A model generated the notes under the pieces. It searched no databases. It was not told the origin of the DNA and saw only the letters and a list, made by a program, of their open reading frames with translations. DNA of 64,000 bases, from contig OY969695.1 in the NCBI GenBank assembly GCA_963701965.1, forward strand, positions 3,264,001 to 3,328,000, given 5' to 3'. The DNA is from an uncultured Gemmatimonadales bacterium. Its GTDB lineage: Bacteria > Gemmatimonadota > Gemmatimonadetes > Gemmatimonadales > Gemmatimonadaceae. Made by a program: the position numbers and the translations under genes. This document shows positions 38,477 through 47,260 of this stretch, piece after piece. The stretch's first letter is position 1. Each line of letters opens with the position of its first letter.

Positions 38477-39033
38477 CGCGCGTGCGCGGGCAAGGCGACA
38501 TGCAGCGGCAGTCCCGACAGGCGATCTCCATTCCAGAACGTGATGAGCGCCGCGGCCGGCATGAACGTCGTATCGTGCCACGCATTCACCCACGACTGCC
38601 CGTCGGGCGCCAGCAGCCGCACCGACCACCGCGTCACCTCCGGCACCGCGAACGCCACCGTTGCGGGCCTCGCGTGACCAATGGCGATCGCCGTTACGCC
38701 GAGCGCTCCACGTCCGGGCGCGACGGTGAACTGCCAGTCGTAGTCCGGGTCCAATGGCGAGACCCCACTCGACGCGATGAACGACAACGTATCGTGCGAC
38801 AGGTAGACCCCGCCGGGGATCGACGGCGGGCGCGGCGCGCGCGCATTGCGGAGCGCGTCACGGAGCATCTCACGCGCCGCGCGCGACCCCTGGACGGTGC
38901 GCAACCCGGACGTCAGTCGCGCGCGGGCGTCGATGGCCGCGCTCGACATGGCGTAGGCGACGGAGACGACGATCGCCGTGAGCACGAGCGCCACCATGAC
39001 TTCGAGCAGCGTAAAACCCTGACGCGACCGCAT
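38473..39033 (-). CDS. gspJ: Minor pseudopilin, GspJ-like
   Basis: 'RQG/FTLLEVMVAL', 'MLRDALRNA', 'WVNAW...MPAA' fit the GspJ pattern. Confidence 0.75.
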   Translation of the reverse strand: MRSRQGFTLLEVMVALVLTAIVVSVAYAMSSAAIDARARLTSGLRTVQGSRAAREMLRDALRNARAPRPPSIPGGVYLSHDTLSFIASSGVSPLDPDYDWQFTVAPGRGALGVTAIAIGHARPATVAFAVPEVTRWSVRLLAPDGQSWVNAWHDTTFMPAAALITFWNGDRLSGLPLHVALPAHAR

Positions 39034-39140
39034 ATGATGAGATGGCTGGCGGATGTAACAGTTGTACCACGCGCCCCGCCACGGGAACGTGACAGGCTCC
39101 TTGCCGATCCACCGACGGACCGTGACACGGCGGACTGTTC

Positions 39141-40994
39141 ATGAGACTCATGGGAAAGATGGTATTGGTCATGGCCTGGCTCCGCGCGCTCGGCCTGGCC
39201 GCTGGCTTGCTCCGCCCGGCTCCGATGATGTCCGTCCAGCGCGCGTTCGAGGGCGACCTGGACGCGTTGCTCGCCGCGTTCGACACCCTCGGCGCCCGGG
39301 TCACGTCCGGCAGGACCCTGGAAGCGCAACAGGCCTTTCGGCGAGCCCGCACGTCGTACAAGCGTGTAGAGGGTCTGCTCGGCTACTACGCCCCGGAAGC
39401 GATCGTTGCGCTGCAGGGCCCGTTGGAATCCGAAGGCGAGGACGACGTGCTGCCGCGCCCCTTCAACATGCCCGGCGGATTCCCCCAGATCGAAGAGGCC
39501 ATCTTCCCGCGCCTGGCCGACTCGTCGCGCAACATGGTGTTGGCCCGGCTCCGGGCCATGCGGGAGCGCGTGGCCCTGCTCCGGTCCGAGACCGGGTCAC
39601 TGGAGATGGAGGAGGCGGCGGTGTTCGACGCCGCGCGCGAGGAGATCGCGCGCGTCAGCACCCTCGACATCGCCGGGTTCGACTCCGACCGTCAGGACGA
39701 CGCGCTGCTCGACGCCGCGGCTGCTCTCGACGGCGTGCGCGCGACGCTGGTGGCGCCGGCGGAGCCGGAAAGCGACCGCGCCGCGGCCGACCGGCGCCGC
39801 GCCGCTGACGCGCTGCTCGCCGCCGCCGACTACCTGCGCCAGCATCCGGCGTTCGAGCGCATGGACCGATTCACGTTTCTCACCCACTACAGTCAGCCGG
39901 CCGCGCACGCGGTGGCCGCTTTGCGGTCTTCGCGGTCGGTCCCCCGCCGCCCCATCGGGCGCGTCTGGCGCGACGGCGCCGCGTCGGTGTACGACAGCGC
40001 GGCGTTCAATCCCTTCGCCTACGCGCCCCGCTTCGCCTCGATCGCGGAGATGGACACGTCCGTCTTCGGGTTGGGCGCGCGCCTCTTCGCCGACCCGCAG
40101 CTCTCCGGGCCCAAGGTGCGCGCCTGCGCCGGGTGCCATCTGCCGACGCGCGCGTTTACCGACGGCCTCCCGAAGCGGACCCCGCTCGTGCCGGGGATCC
40201 CGCGCCCCGACGGCGCGCCGCCGGCGCGGCACACGCCGACGTTACTCAACGCCGGCCTCCAACCCGCGTTGTTCGACGATGAGCGGGCGCGGTCGTTGGA
40301 ACAACAGATCGCGTTCGTGTTGGCCGACCCCGATGAGATGCACAGCTCGACCGATACCGCGGTGGCGCGCGTGGGAGCCGACTCCAGCTACCGCGCCGCA
40401 TTCGCGCGTGCGTTCGGCACGACGCCAGAGCACGCTGTTACGCCCATCACGCTCCGCGTCGCGCTGGCGACGTATGTCCGCTCGTTGACGGCGCTCAACG
40501 CGCCGTTCGACCGGGCCGTGCGCGGGGACACGGCAGCGTTGTCCCAGGAAGCCAAGCGCGGATTCACCGTATTCATGGGCAAGGGCCGCTGCGGCACCTG
40601 TCATTTTGCCCCGCTCTTCAACGGGACCGAACCGCCGCTCTACCGGACGACGGATCCCGAGATCATCGGCGTCCCGGAGCGACCGGTCTTGCATCAGGGC
40701 CGGCTCGACACGGACCCGGGGCGCGGGCTCATCGACCGCGTGGGGAGTCATTGCTTTGCTTTCAAGGTGCCGACGGTGCGGAACGCCGCCCTGACCGCGC
40801 CGTACATGCACAACGGCGCCTTCCGCACGCTCGACGACGTGGTCGCGTTTTACAACGCCGGGGGCGGCACGGGCATTGGGATCGATCTGCCGTATCAGAC
40901 CCTGTTTGACCAACCCCTCAACTTGACGCGGCGCGAGCAAGGCGATCTCATTGCGTTCCTGCGCGCCCTCACTGACACTTCCAGTCGCCTATGA
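39141..40994 (+). CDS. Di-heme cytochrome c peroxidase/MauG-family protein with N-terminal imelysin-like helical domain
   Basis: Two heme motifs CAGCH and CGTCH; 'LGARLFADPQLS', 'RHTPTLLN', 'FKVPTVRN...TAPYMHNG'; ~300-aa N-terminal extension with 'ARTSYKRVE...GFPQIEE'. Confidence 0.88.
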   Translation: MRLMGKMVLVMAWLRALGLAAGLLRPAPMMSVQRAFEGDLDALLAAFDTLGARVTSGRTLEAQQAFRRARTSYKRVEGLLGYYAPEAIVALQGPLESEGEDDVLPRPFNMPGGFPQIEEAIFPRLADSSRNMVLARLRAMRERVALLRSETGSLEMEEAAVFDAAREEIARVSTLDIAGFDSDRQDDALLDAAAALDGVRATLVAPAEPESDRAAADRRRAADALLAAADYLRQHPAFERMDRFTFLTHYSQPAAHAVAALRSSRSVPRRPIGRVWRDGAASVYDSAAFNPFAYAPRFASIAEMDTSVFGLGARLFADPQLSGPKVRACAGCHLPTRAFTDGLPKRTPLVPGIPRPDGAPPARHTPTLLNAGLQPALFDDERARSLEQQIAFVLADPDEMHSSTDTAVARVGADSSYRAAFARAFGTTPEHAVTPITLRVALATYVRSLTALNAPFDRAVRGDTAALSQEAKRGFTVFMGKGRCGTCHFAPLFNGTEPPLYRTTDPEIIGVPERPVLHQGRLDTDPGRGLIDRVGSHCFAFKVPTVRNAALTAPYMHNGAFRTLDDVVAFYNAGGGTGIGIDLPYQTLFDQPLNLTRREQGDLIAFLRALTDTSSRL

Positions 40995-41425
40995 CCCGCC
41001 GTCCTGGATTCACGCTGATCGAGATGCTCGTCGTGATCATCGTCATCGGCTTGCTCGCCGCGCTCGTCGGACCGCGCATTCTGGGGCGCGTGTCGGAAGC
41101 GAAGAGCGCGACGGCCAAGACGCAGATCGAGCTCCTGGGCACGGCGCTGGATAATTATCGGTTGGACAACGGATCGTACCCCACGAGCGAGCAGGGATTG
41201 GGCGCGCTCCAGGCCAAGCCCACGCGCGATCCCGTGCCGCTCGACTGGCGGGGTCCGTACCTCAAGCGCGAAGTCCCGAACGATCCGTGGGGGCGCCCGT
41301 ACGTCTACAAGAGCCCCGGGGAACACAACCCGACCAGCTATGACATCTCGACGCTGGGACGCGACGGGCAGCCGGGCGGCACCAATGAAGACGCCGACAT
41401 CATGAACTGGAAGGCGCAGCAGTAG
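40991..41425 (+). CDS. gspG: Type II secretion major pseudopilin GspG
   Basis: 'G/FTLIEMLVVIIVIGLLA', 'ALDNYRLDNGSYPT..QGL.AL', 'GPYL...DPWG.PY.Y.SPG', 'DGQPGG'. Confidence 0.95.
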   Translation: MTRRPGFTLIEMLVVIIVIGLLAALVGPRILGRVSEAKSATAKTQIELLGTALDNYRLDNGSYPTSEQGLGALQAKPTRDPVPLDWRGPYLKREVPNDPWGRPYVYKSPGEHNPTSYDISTLGRDGQPGGTNEDADIMNWKAQQ

Positions 41426-41819
41426 GCGGCCGTCCGACCGTACAGGTCAGCGGGTCGATCGCGAAGGCGCGACCCGCGGCGGCGCTCCGGACATCGAACG
41501 CACACGTCCCCGCCGGCGACACCAGCAACGTGAGCGCTTCGCGCGCCAGCGGCGCCACGCGTCCGCTGGCCAGCGCGAGCTCGAGCGGCGAGCCCGCGCC
41601 TTCCAGGTGCCAGGCGCCGGTGGGCTCGATGCGCACGTAGATCAATTCGCCGCGGCGGGCGGCCGCGTCGCGCGCGTGGTCGATCACGGTTTGTAACGAC
41701 GGCGCGCCCAGACGCGAGCGCACGAGCGCCGGCAGCACGATGGCCGCCGCCAGCCCCAGGATGGCGATGACCACGAGCATCTCGATCAGCGTGTAGCCGC
41801 GCCGCATCCCGTGTCGCAT
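41400..41819 (-). CDS. gspH: Minor pseudopilin, GspH/FimT-like
   Basis: 'RRG/YTLIEMLVVIAILGL', 'ARDAAARRG'. Confidence 0.65.
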   Translation of the reverse strand: MRHGMRRGYTLIEMLVVIAILGLAAAIVLPALVRSRLGAPSLQTVIDHARDAAARRGELIYVRIEPTGAWHLEGAGSPLELALASGRVAPLAREALTLLVSPAGTCAFDVRSAAAGRAFAIDPLTCTVGRPPTAAPSSS

Positions 41820-42084
41820 GACAAACCAACGTATCGCGTGCCACGACGATCCGCAAACGCGCGCTGGCCGCCCGCGGCGCGGTCATCGTTACGCGATGTG
41901 TCACTATTGGTGTGCGTCGATTGTGACGTACGCCGTTTGTGGTGCTCGCCACCTGTGGCGGCCCGCGCGTTATGGTTGGGCTCAGTCACCACATCGTGCC
42001 AATGGTACATCGCGAACGTGACAAGTCCGCGATCAACGGCCACTACTCTCCGGCGTGAGTAAAACCATCCAGCGGAGGACAGGC

Positions 42085-43977
42085 ATGAAAGCAGTGAGTC
42101 TACGGAGAACGATCGTGGGCTGTGCGATCGGCGCCGGGTATGCGGTTGGCATGCCGCTGATCGCCCAGGCCCAGATCGGCGGGAACCAGAACGACCGCAA
42201 CACGGCGACGCCGATCAAGCACATCGTCTACATCATCGGCGAGAATCGCACCTTCGACCATATCTTCGCGACCTACGTGCCGCCGAAGGGGTCGACGGTG
42301 TGGAATCTCCTCTCCGAGGGGATCATCAAGGCCGATGGCACGCCCGGCCCGAACTTCTCCAAGGCGCTGCAGTGGAAGGCGACGGACACCGACAAGTTCT
42401 CGGTGCACCCGCACAAGACCGACCCGTACACCACGCTCCCCCCGGTCCACGTCGGGGGCCCCACCAACGCTCCGTTCGCGACCGTCGCCGCGGCCAAGGC
42501 CGTCGAGCCTTCGATGTGGTCGGAGAGCTATTTCAAGCTGACGACCGGCGGCAACGGGCAAACGAACACGATCTACGATTCGCGTTTCCCGACGAACCTG
42601 CCTGATGGTCCGTTCGACATCAGCCGTTACACGTCCTACGATTCGTACACCTCGAGCCCCGTGCACCGGTTCTACCAGATGTGGCAGCAGCTCGACTGCG
42701 ACATCACGCGGGCGACGGCGCAGAATCCGAGCGGCTGCCAGAGCGACCTGTTCCCCTGGGTCGAGACGCAGTTCGGCGCCGGCTCCAACGGCGCGCCGCC
42801 CCCGGCTGGCTTCAACAACCAGACCACGGGCGAAGGCTCGACGGCCATGGGCTTCTTCAACGTCCAGGCCGGTGATGCGCCGTATTTCACGTCGCTCGCC
42901 AACGAGTACGGCATGAGCGACAACTTCCACCAGGCGATCCAGGGTGGCACGGGCGCCAACCACATCGCCCTCGGCTTCGGCACGCTGATCTACTACGCCG
43001 ACTCGAACGGCAACGCGGTCACCCCGCCGTCCAACCAGATCGAGAACCCGGATCCGATGCCCGGGACGAATGACTGGTACACGCAGGATGGGTACGGCGG
43101 CGGCTCGTACGTGAACTGCGCCGACTCGACGAAGCCCGGCATTGGCGCGGTGCGCGATTACCTCAAGTCGCTGCCGTACAAGACGCTCAAGCACGACTGC
43201 AAAGACGGCGCGTACTACCTGGTCAACAACTACAACCCTGGCTACTTCGGCACGGGCGTCGCCGCGCCGCTGGCCGACACGCTGTTCACGATCCCGCCGA
43301 CGCGCCAGCGCAACATCGGCCTCCTGCTGTCCGAGCACCACATCTCGTGGAAGTACTATGGCGAAGGCTGGGCCAATGGCACGGAGACGGGCGAGAACAG
43401 CACGTACTGCAACATCTGCAATCCGTTCCTGTATTCGACGCAGATCATGACCAACCCCAAGCTGCGCGCGAACCTGCAGGACGTATCGGATCTCTATGAC
43501 GACATCAGCAAGGGCACGCTCCCGGCGGTCTCGATCGTGAAGCCCGATGGCTTCATGGACGGCCACCCGGCGTCGTCGAAGTGGGACCTGTACGAGGCGT
43601 TCACCAAGAAGATTGTGCAGATGATCCAGGCGAATCCGGCGCTCTTTGCCGAGACCGCGATCATCATCACGCAGGACGAGGGCGGTGGGTATTGGGATTC
43701 CGGCTACGTCCAGCCGATCGACTTCTTCGGCGACGGCACCCGGATGCCCCTCATCGTGGTGTCGCCGTTCAGCAAGGGCGTTGGCGTCGTGCACTCGTAT
43801 GGCGATCACGTGTCGTTCGACAAGTTCGTCGAAGCGAACTGGGGCCTGCAGACGATCACGCCGCAGACCCGCGACAACCTGCCGAACCCGATCGTGAACG
43901 CGAGCAACCCGTATGCTCCCGTGAACGCTCCCGCGATCACGGATTTCATGGACCTGTTCAGATTTCCGGCGCACTAG
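42085..43977 (+). CDS. Secreted phosphoesterase (AcpA acid phosphatase / phospholipase C family), copy 1
   Basis: GGAGG RBS; signal peptide with RR; 'IKHIVYIIGENRTFDH', 'VHRFYQ', 'GGTGANH', 'DGHP', 'DEGGG', 'GTRMP'. Confidence 0.9.
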   Translation: MKAVSLRRTIVGCAIGAGYAVGMPLIAQAQIGGNQNDRNTATPIKHIVYIIGENRTFDHIFATYVPPKGSTVWNLLSEGIIKADGTPGPNFSKALQWKATDTDKFSVHPHKTDPYTTLPPVHVGGPTNAPFATVAAAKAVEPSMWSESYFKLTTGGNGQTNTIYDSRFPTNLPDGPFDISRYTSYDSYTSSPVHRFYQMWQQLDCDITRATAQNPSGCQSDLFPWVETQFGAGSNGAPPPAGFNNQTTGEGSTAMGFFNVQAGDAPYFTSLANEYGMSDNFHQAIQGGTGANHIALGFGTLIYYADSNGNAVTPPSNQIENPDPMPGTNDWYTQDGYGGGSYVNCADSTKPGIGAVRDYLKSLPYKTLKHDCKDGAYYLVNNYNPGYFGTGVAAPLADTLFTIPPTRQRNIGLLLSEHHISWKYYGEGWANGTETGENSTYCNICNPFLYSTQIMTNPKLRANLQDVSDLYDDISKGTLPAVSIVKPDGFMDGHPASSKWDLYEAFTKKIVQMIQANPALFAETAIIITQDEGGGYWDSGYVQPIDFFGDGTRMPLIVVSPFSKGVGVVHSYGDHVSFDKFVEANWGLQTITPQTRDNLPNPIVNASNPYAPVNAPAITDFMDLFRFPAH

Positions 43978-44060
43978 GTGCCGCTGCGCGGCACTAGTGG
44001 CCGCTCCGCGGCACTAGTGCTTTCCGGTTGGAGTGAGCCCGGCTCTGCCGGGCTCGGAAC
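43971..44060 (+). repeat. Structured 3' region: 20-bp palindromic tandem units plus a GC hairpin
   Basis: GCACTAG units at 43971, 43991 and 44011; hairpin GAGCCCGGC-TCT-GCCGGGCTC at 44035-44055. Confidence 0.7.
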
Positions 44061-44108
44061 GGCCCAGTGTCACGCACTGCACCGCTAGTCGAACGAGTTC
44101 CTGATCAC

Positions 44109-44138
44109 CCGGGGTGGCGAAAGCCACCCCGGTTTTTT
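44109..44138 (+). terminator. Intrinsic terminator
   Basis: CCGGGGTGGC-GAAA-GCCACCCCGG followed by TTTTTT. Confidence 0.9.
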
Positions 44139-44316
44139 GTCGTGACACGATTTCGGGGCCCGCGCGCAGCGCGGCGCGGTGTGTCACGGGATGTCACGGA
44201 GACCAGACTAAGAGCATCCGACTACCAGGCTGTCGCTATGGCCCATCGGATGTGCGAAGTACGGGGATCCTCGCCGACCCCGCCTTTGCAAAGTCCCCGT
44301 ATTTCCTCGCGCTCAA

Positions 44317-44353
44317 TGTCACGACGTTTTCACGACAGTTTCTCTTTTATGCT
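44317..44353 (+). promoter_or_regulatory. PhoB-box-like repeat plus -10 element upstream of phosphoesterase 2
   Basis: TGTCACGACGT/TTTCACGACAG (11-bp period, 44317-44338), then TATGCT at 44348-44353. Confidence 0.55.
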
Positions 44354-44484
44354 CGGGCTGGGTCACCACATCAAGACGATCGCGTGTCATTCGCCGTCGT
44401 CAGCCGTGACAACTTCGCGAAGAACCCAGGCTAGGGTCCGGTTGCGACGCCTCTGTCGCATCCACTCAGGGGAGGATCCGAAGC

Positions 44485-46368
44485 ATGCATGGAGTCGGAT
44501 TTCGCAGGACCATCGCAGGCTGCGCGATCGGCGCTGGCTGCGCGTTCGGCCTGCCAATGCAGGCCCACGCCCAGAACCAGAACGATCGCAACACCGCCAC
44601 GCCGATCAAACACGTGATCTACATCATCGGCGAGAACCGCACGTTCGACCACCTCTTCGCGACGTTTGTCCCGAAGCCCGGACAGACCGTCTGGAACCTC
44701 CTGTCCGAGGGCATCATCAATGCCGACGGCACCGCCGGCCCGAATTTCTCCTCAGCGCGGCAGTGGAAGGCGGTCGACACCGACGTCTTCTCGGTCCACC
44801 CGCACAAGACCGACCCGTACCACACCCTGCCGCCCATCAACACCGACGGCGCCCCGACGACCGCGTTCTTCACCACGATCGCACAAGCCAAGTCGATCGA
44901 ACCCGGGCTCTGGTCCGGGAGCTACGTCAAGCTGACGACCGGCGGCACGGGCCAGGCCGGGGGTGTCGAAGACAAGCACTTCCCGCAGAACCTCGCGGAT
45001 GGCCCGTTCCAGATCACCCGCTTCGTGCCGTACGATTCATACACATCGAGCCCGGTCCACCGCTTCTTTCAGATGTGGCAGCAAATCGACTGCGACATCA
45101 CCCGCGCCACGCCGAAGATCCCGAGCGGCTGCCAGAACGACCTCTTCCCCTGGGTCGAGACCCAGGAGGGCGCCGGCTCCAACGGCGCGCCGCCGCCGGC
45201 CGGCATGAACAACCAGACCACGGGTGAAGGGTCGACGGCGATGGGCTTCTTCAACGTCCAGGCGGGCGACCAGCCGTACTTCGAGCAACTGGCGACGCAG
45301 TTCGCCATGAACGACAACTATCACCAGGCGATCCAGGGTGGCACGGGCGCCAACCACATCGCGTTGGGCTTCGGCACGCTCATCTACTTCGCCGACTCGA
45401 ACGGCAATCCCGCCACGCCGCCCAAGAATCAGATCGAGAACCCGAACCCGCTGGCCGGCACGAACGACTGGTACGTGCAGGATGGGTTCGGCGGCGGCTC
45501 GTACGTGAACTGCGCCGACACCACGCAGCCGGGCGTCGCCTCGGTCAAGGACTACCTCGAGTCCCTGCCGTACAAGACGCTCGAGCACGACTGCAAGGAT
45601 GGCGCGTACTACCTGGTCAACAACTACAACCCCGGCTTCCTCGGCACCGGCCAGCCGGCGCCGCTCGGCGACACGCTTTTCACGATCCCGCCGACCCGGC
45701 AGAAGAACATCGGTCTGCTCCTGACCGAGAACAAGATCTCGTGGCACTACTACGGGGAAGGCTGGGCCAACGGCACGGAGACGGGCGAGGCGAGCACGTA
45801 TTGCAACATCTGCAATCCGTTCCTGTACTCGACGCAGATCATGACCAACCCGAAGCTCCGCGCCAATCTGAAAGACGTCACCGATCTCTACAACGACATC
45901 ACCAACAGCACGTTGCCCGCCGTCTCCATCGTCAAGCCGGACGGTCTCCTCGACGGCCACCCGGCGTCGTCGAAGTGGGACCTCTTCGAGTCGTTCACCA
46001 AGAAGATCGTGCAGATGGTCCAGGCCAACCCGTCGCTGTTCGCCGAGACGGCCATCATGATCACGAACGATGAGGGCGGTGGGTACTACGATTCGGGCTA
46101 CATCCAGCCCGTCGACTTCTTCGGCGATGGCACCCGCATCCCGATGATCGTCGTGTCGCCGTTCTCCCAAGGCGTCGGCGTCGTGCACTCGTACGGCGAC
46201 CACGTGTCGTTCGACAAGTTCGTGGAAGCCAACTGGGGCCTGCAGACGATCACGGGTCAGACTCGCGACAACCTGCCCAACCCGATCGTGAACGCCAACA
46301 ACCCGTACGCGCCGCTCAACGCTCCGGCGTTGTCCGATCTTATGGACATGTTCAAATTCCCGCACTAG
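44485..46368 (+). CDS. Secreted phosphoesterase (AcpA acid phosphatase / phospholipase C family), copy 2
   Basis: GGAGG RBS; same motifs as copy 1 and colinear with it over the whole length. Confidence 0.9.
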   Translation: MHGVGFRRTIAGCAIGAGCAFGLPMQAHAQNQNDRNTATPIKHVIYIIGENRTFDHLFATFVPKPGQTVWNLLSEGIINADGTAGPNFSSARQWKAVDTDVFSVHPHKTDPYHTLPPINTDGAPTTAFFTTIAQAKSIEPGLWSGSYVKLTTGGTGQAGGVEDKHFPQNLADGPFQITRFVPYDSYTSSPVHRFFQMWQQIDCDITRATPKIPSGCQNDLFPWVETQEGAGSNGAPPPAGMNNQTTGEGSTAMGFFNVQAGDQPYFEQLATQFAMNDNYHQAIQGGTGANHIALGFGTLIYFADSNGNPATPPKNQIENPNPLAGTNDWYVQDGFGGGSYVNCADTTQPGVASVKDYLESLPYKTLEHDCKDGAYYLVNNYNPGFLGTGQPAPLGDTLFTIPPTRQKNIGLLLTENKISWHYYGEGWANGTETGEASTYCNICNPFLYSTQIMTNPKLRANLKDVTDLYNDITNSTLPAVSIVKPDGLLDGHPASSKWDLFESFTKKIVQMVQANPSLFAETAIMITNDEGGGYYDSGYIQPVDFFGDGTRIPMIVVSPFSQGVGVVHSYGDHVSFDKFVEANWGLQTITGQTRDNLPNPIVNANNPYAPLNAPALSDLMDMFKFPH

Positions 46369-46483
46369 GCGCCGCTACGCGACGCTAGTGCTCGTTCTGT
46401 TGGAGGGAGCTCGGCTCCGCCGAGCTCGGAACGGCTGGGGCATCGTGCCATCGTGAGCTGGTTCGGTTTGTGGCGGGAGACCG

Positions 46484-47260
46484 CTACAAACCGAACCGGT
46501 GGCCGAGTATGACTTTGTAGATCACGTGATCCGTGGCCCGCGTCCAACCGTTGCCCACTCCGGCGTTGAACTCCCACCGGGGACCCAGGTCGAGGTTGAC
46601 GACTCCGAACAGCTGGTGCTCCTGCTCCTGATACGGATCGAATTGTTGAATCGATCCCCACGACCCGTAGTACTCGGCGCCCAGATTGATCTTACGCGTG
46701 ATGTCGTAGGTCACGGTCGCCGCGGGCGAGAACTCGAGCCCCTTGGTCACGCTCGGCCCGTGCCACGAGCGCTCCAGCGCGGGATTGATCGCGAGATACC
46801 ACGGTCCCAGCGTCTTGTCGACGATCGGCCGGATCTCCCACGTCCACGTGTCGGTCGAGACCTGCGGGCGTTGATAGCCGATCTCGGTCGACAGACTCAC
46901 GCCCACCGGCCAGCCCCAGGACGCGGGCACGCGCACGCGGGGCCGAATATGGTCGCCGGCCCATTGCCAACCGTTGCCGTCCCGCGCGTACGTGAAGATG
47001 TAAAATCCGGTCTCGAGCCAGCTCGTCCAGCCGTGCGTGATCTCGACGGTCTCGTGTTCGGCGTCCTCCGTCGGCCACAGTCCGTCCTGCACCGTGCGCC
47101 GGCCGTCGCCCGTGAAGTTGCTGTGCAACTCGACCATCGTCACCGCGGGCGCCACGGTCTCCGAGGCGTAGACCTGGATCTCGTAGTTGTCTTGCGCCTC
47201 GACGCGAGCCGCCGCCGCCGCGCACCACACGGCGATCCCGACGGCCCACCGCGGGGTCAC
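46484..47260 (-). CDS. Putative outer-membrane beta-barrel protein
   Basis: Signal peptide ending 'VEA-QDNYEIQVY'; amphipathic beta strands; C-terminus 'GHRFGL'; GTG start overlaps the cytochrome c stop. Confidence 0.65.
   Translation of the reverse strand: MTPRWAVGIAVWCAAAAARVEAQDNYEIQVYASETVAPAVTMVELHSNFTGDGRRTVQDGLWPTEDAEHETVEITHGWTSWLETGFYIFTYARDGNGWQWAGDHIRPRVRVPASWGWPVGVSLSTEIGYQRPQVSTDTWTWEIRPIVDKTLGPWYLAINPALERSWHGPSVTKGLEFSPAATVTYDITRKINLGAEYYGSWGSIQQFDPYQEQEHQLFGVVNLDLGPRWEFNAGVGNGWTRATDHVIYKVILGHRFGL

Noticed and set aside
29963..41819. Type IV pilus or competence system rather than a T2SS
   Set aside because: A canonical GspG, a GspK and a GspD-type secretin are present, and there is no PilT, PilM or ComEC in the window.
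42100..46365. Long antisense ORFs over both phosphoesterases (624 and 442 aa)
   Set aside because: Shadow frames produced by high-GC codon bias; no recognisable motifs.
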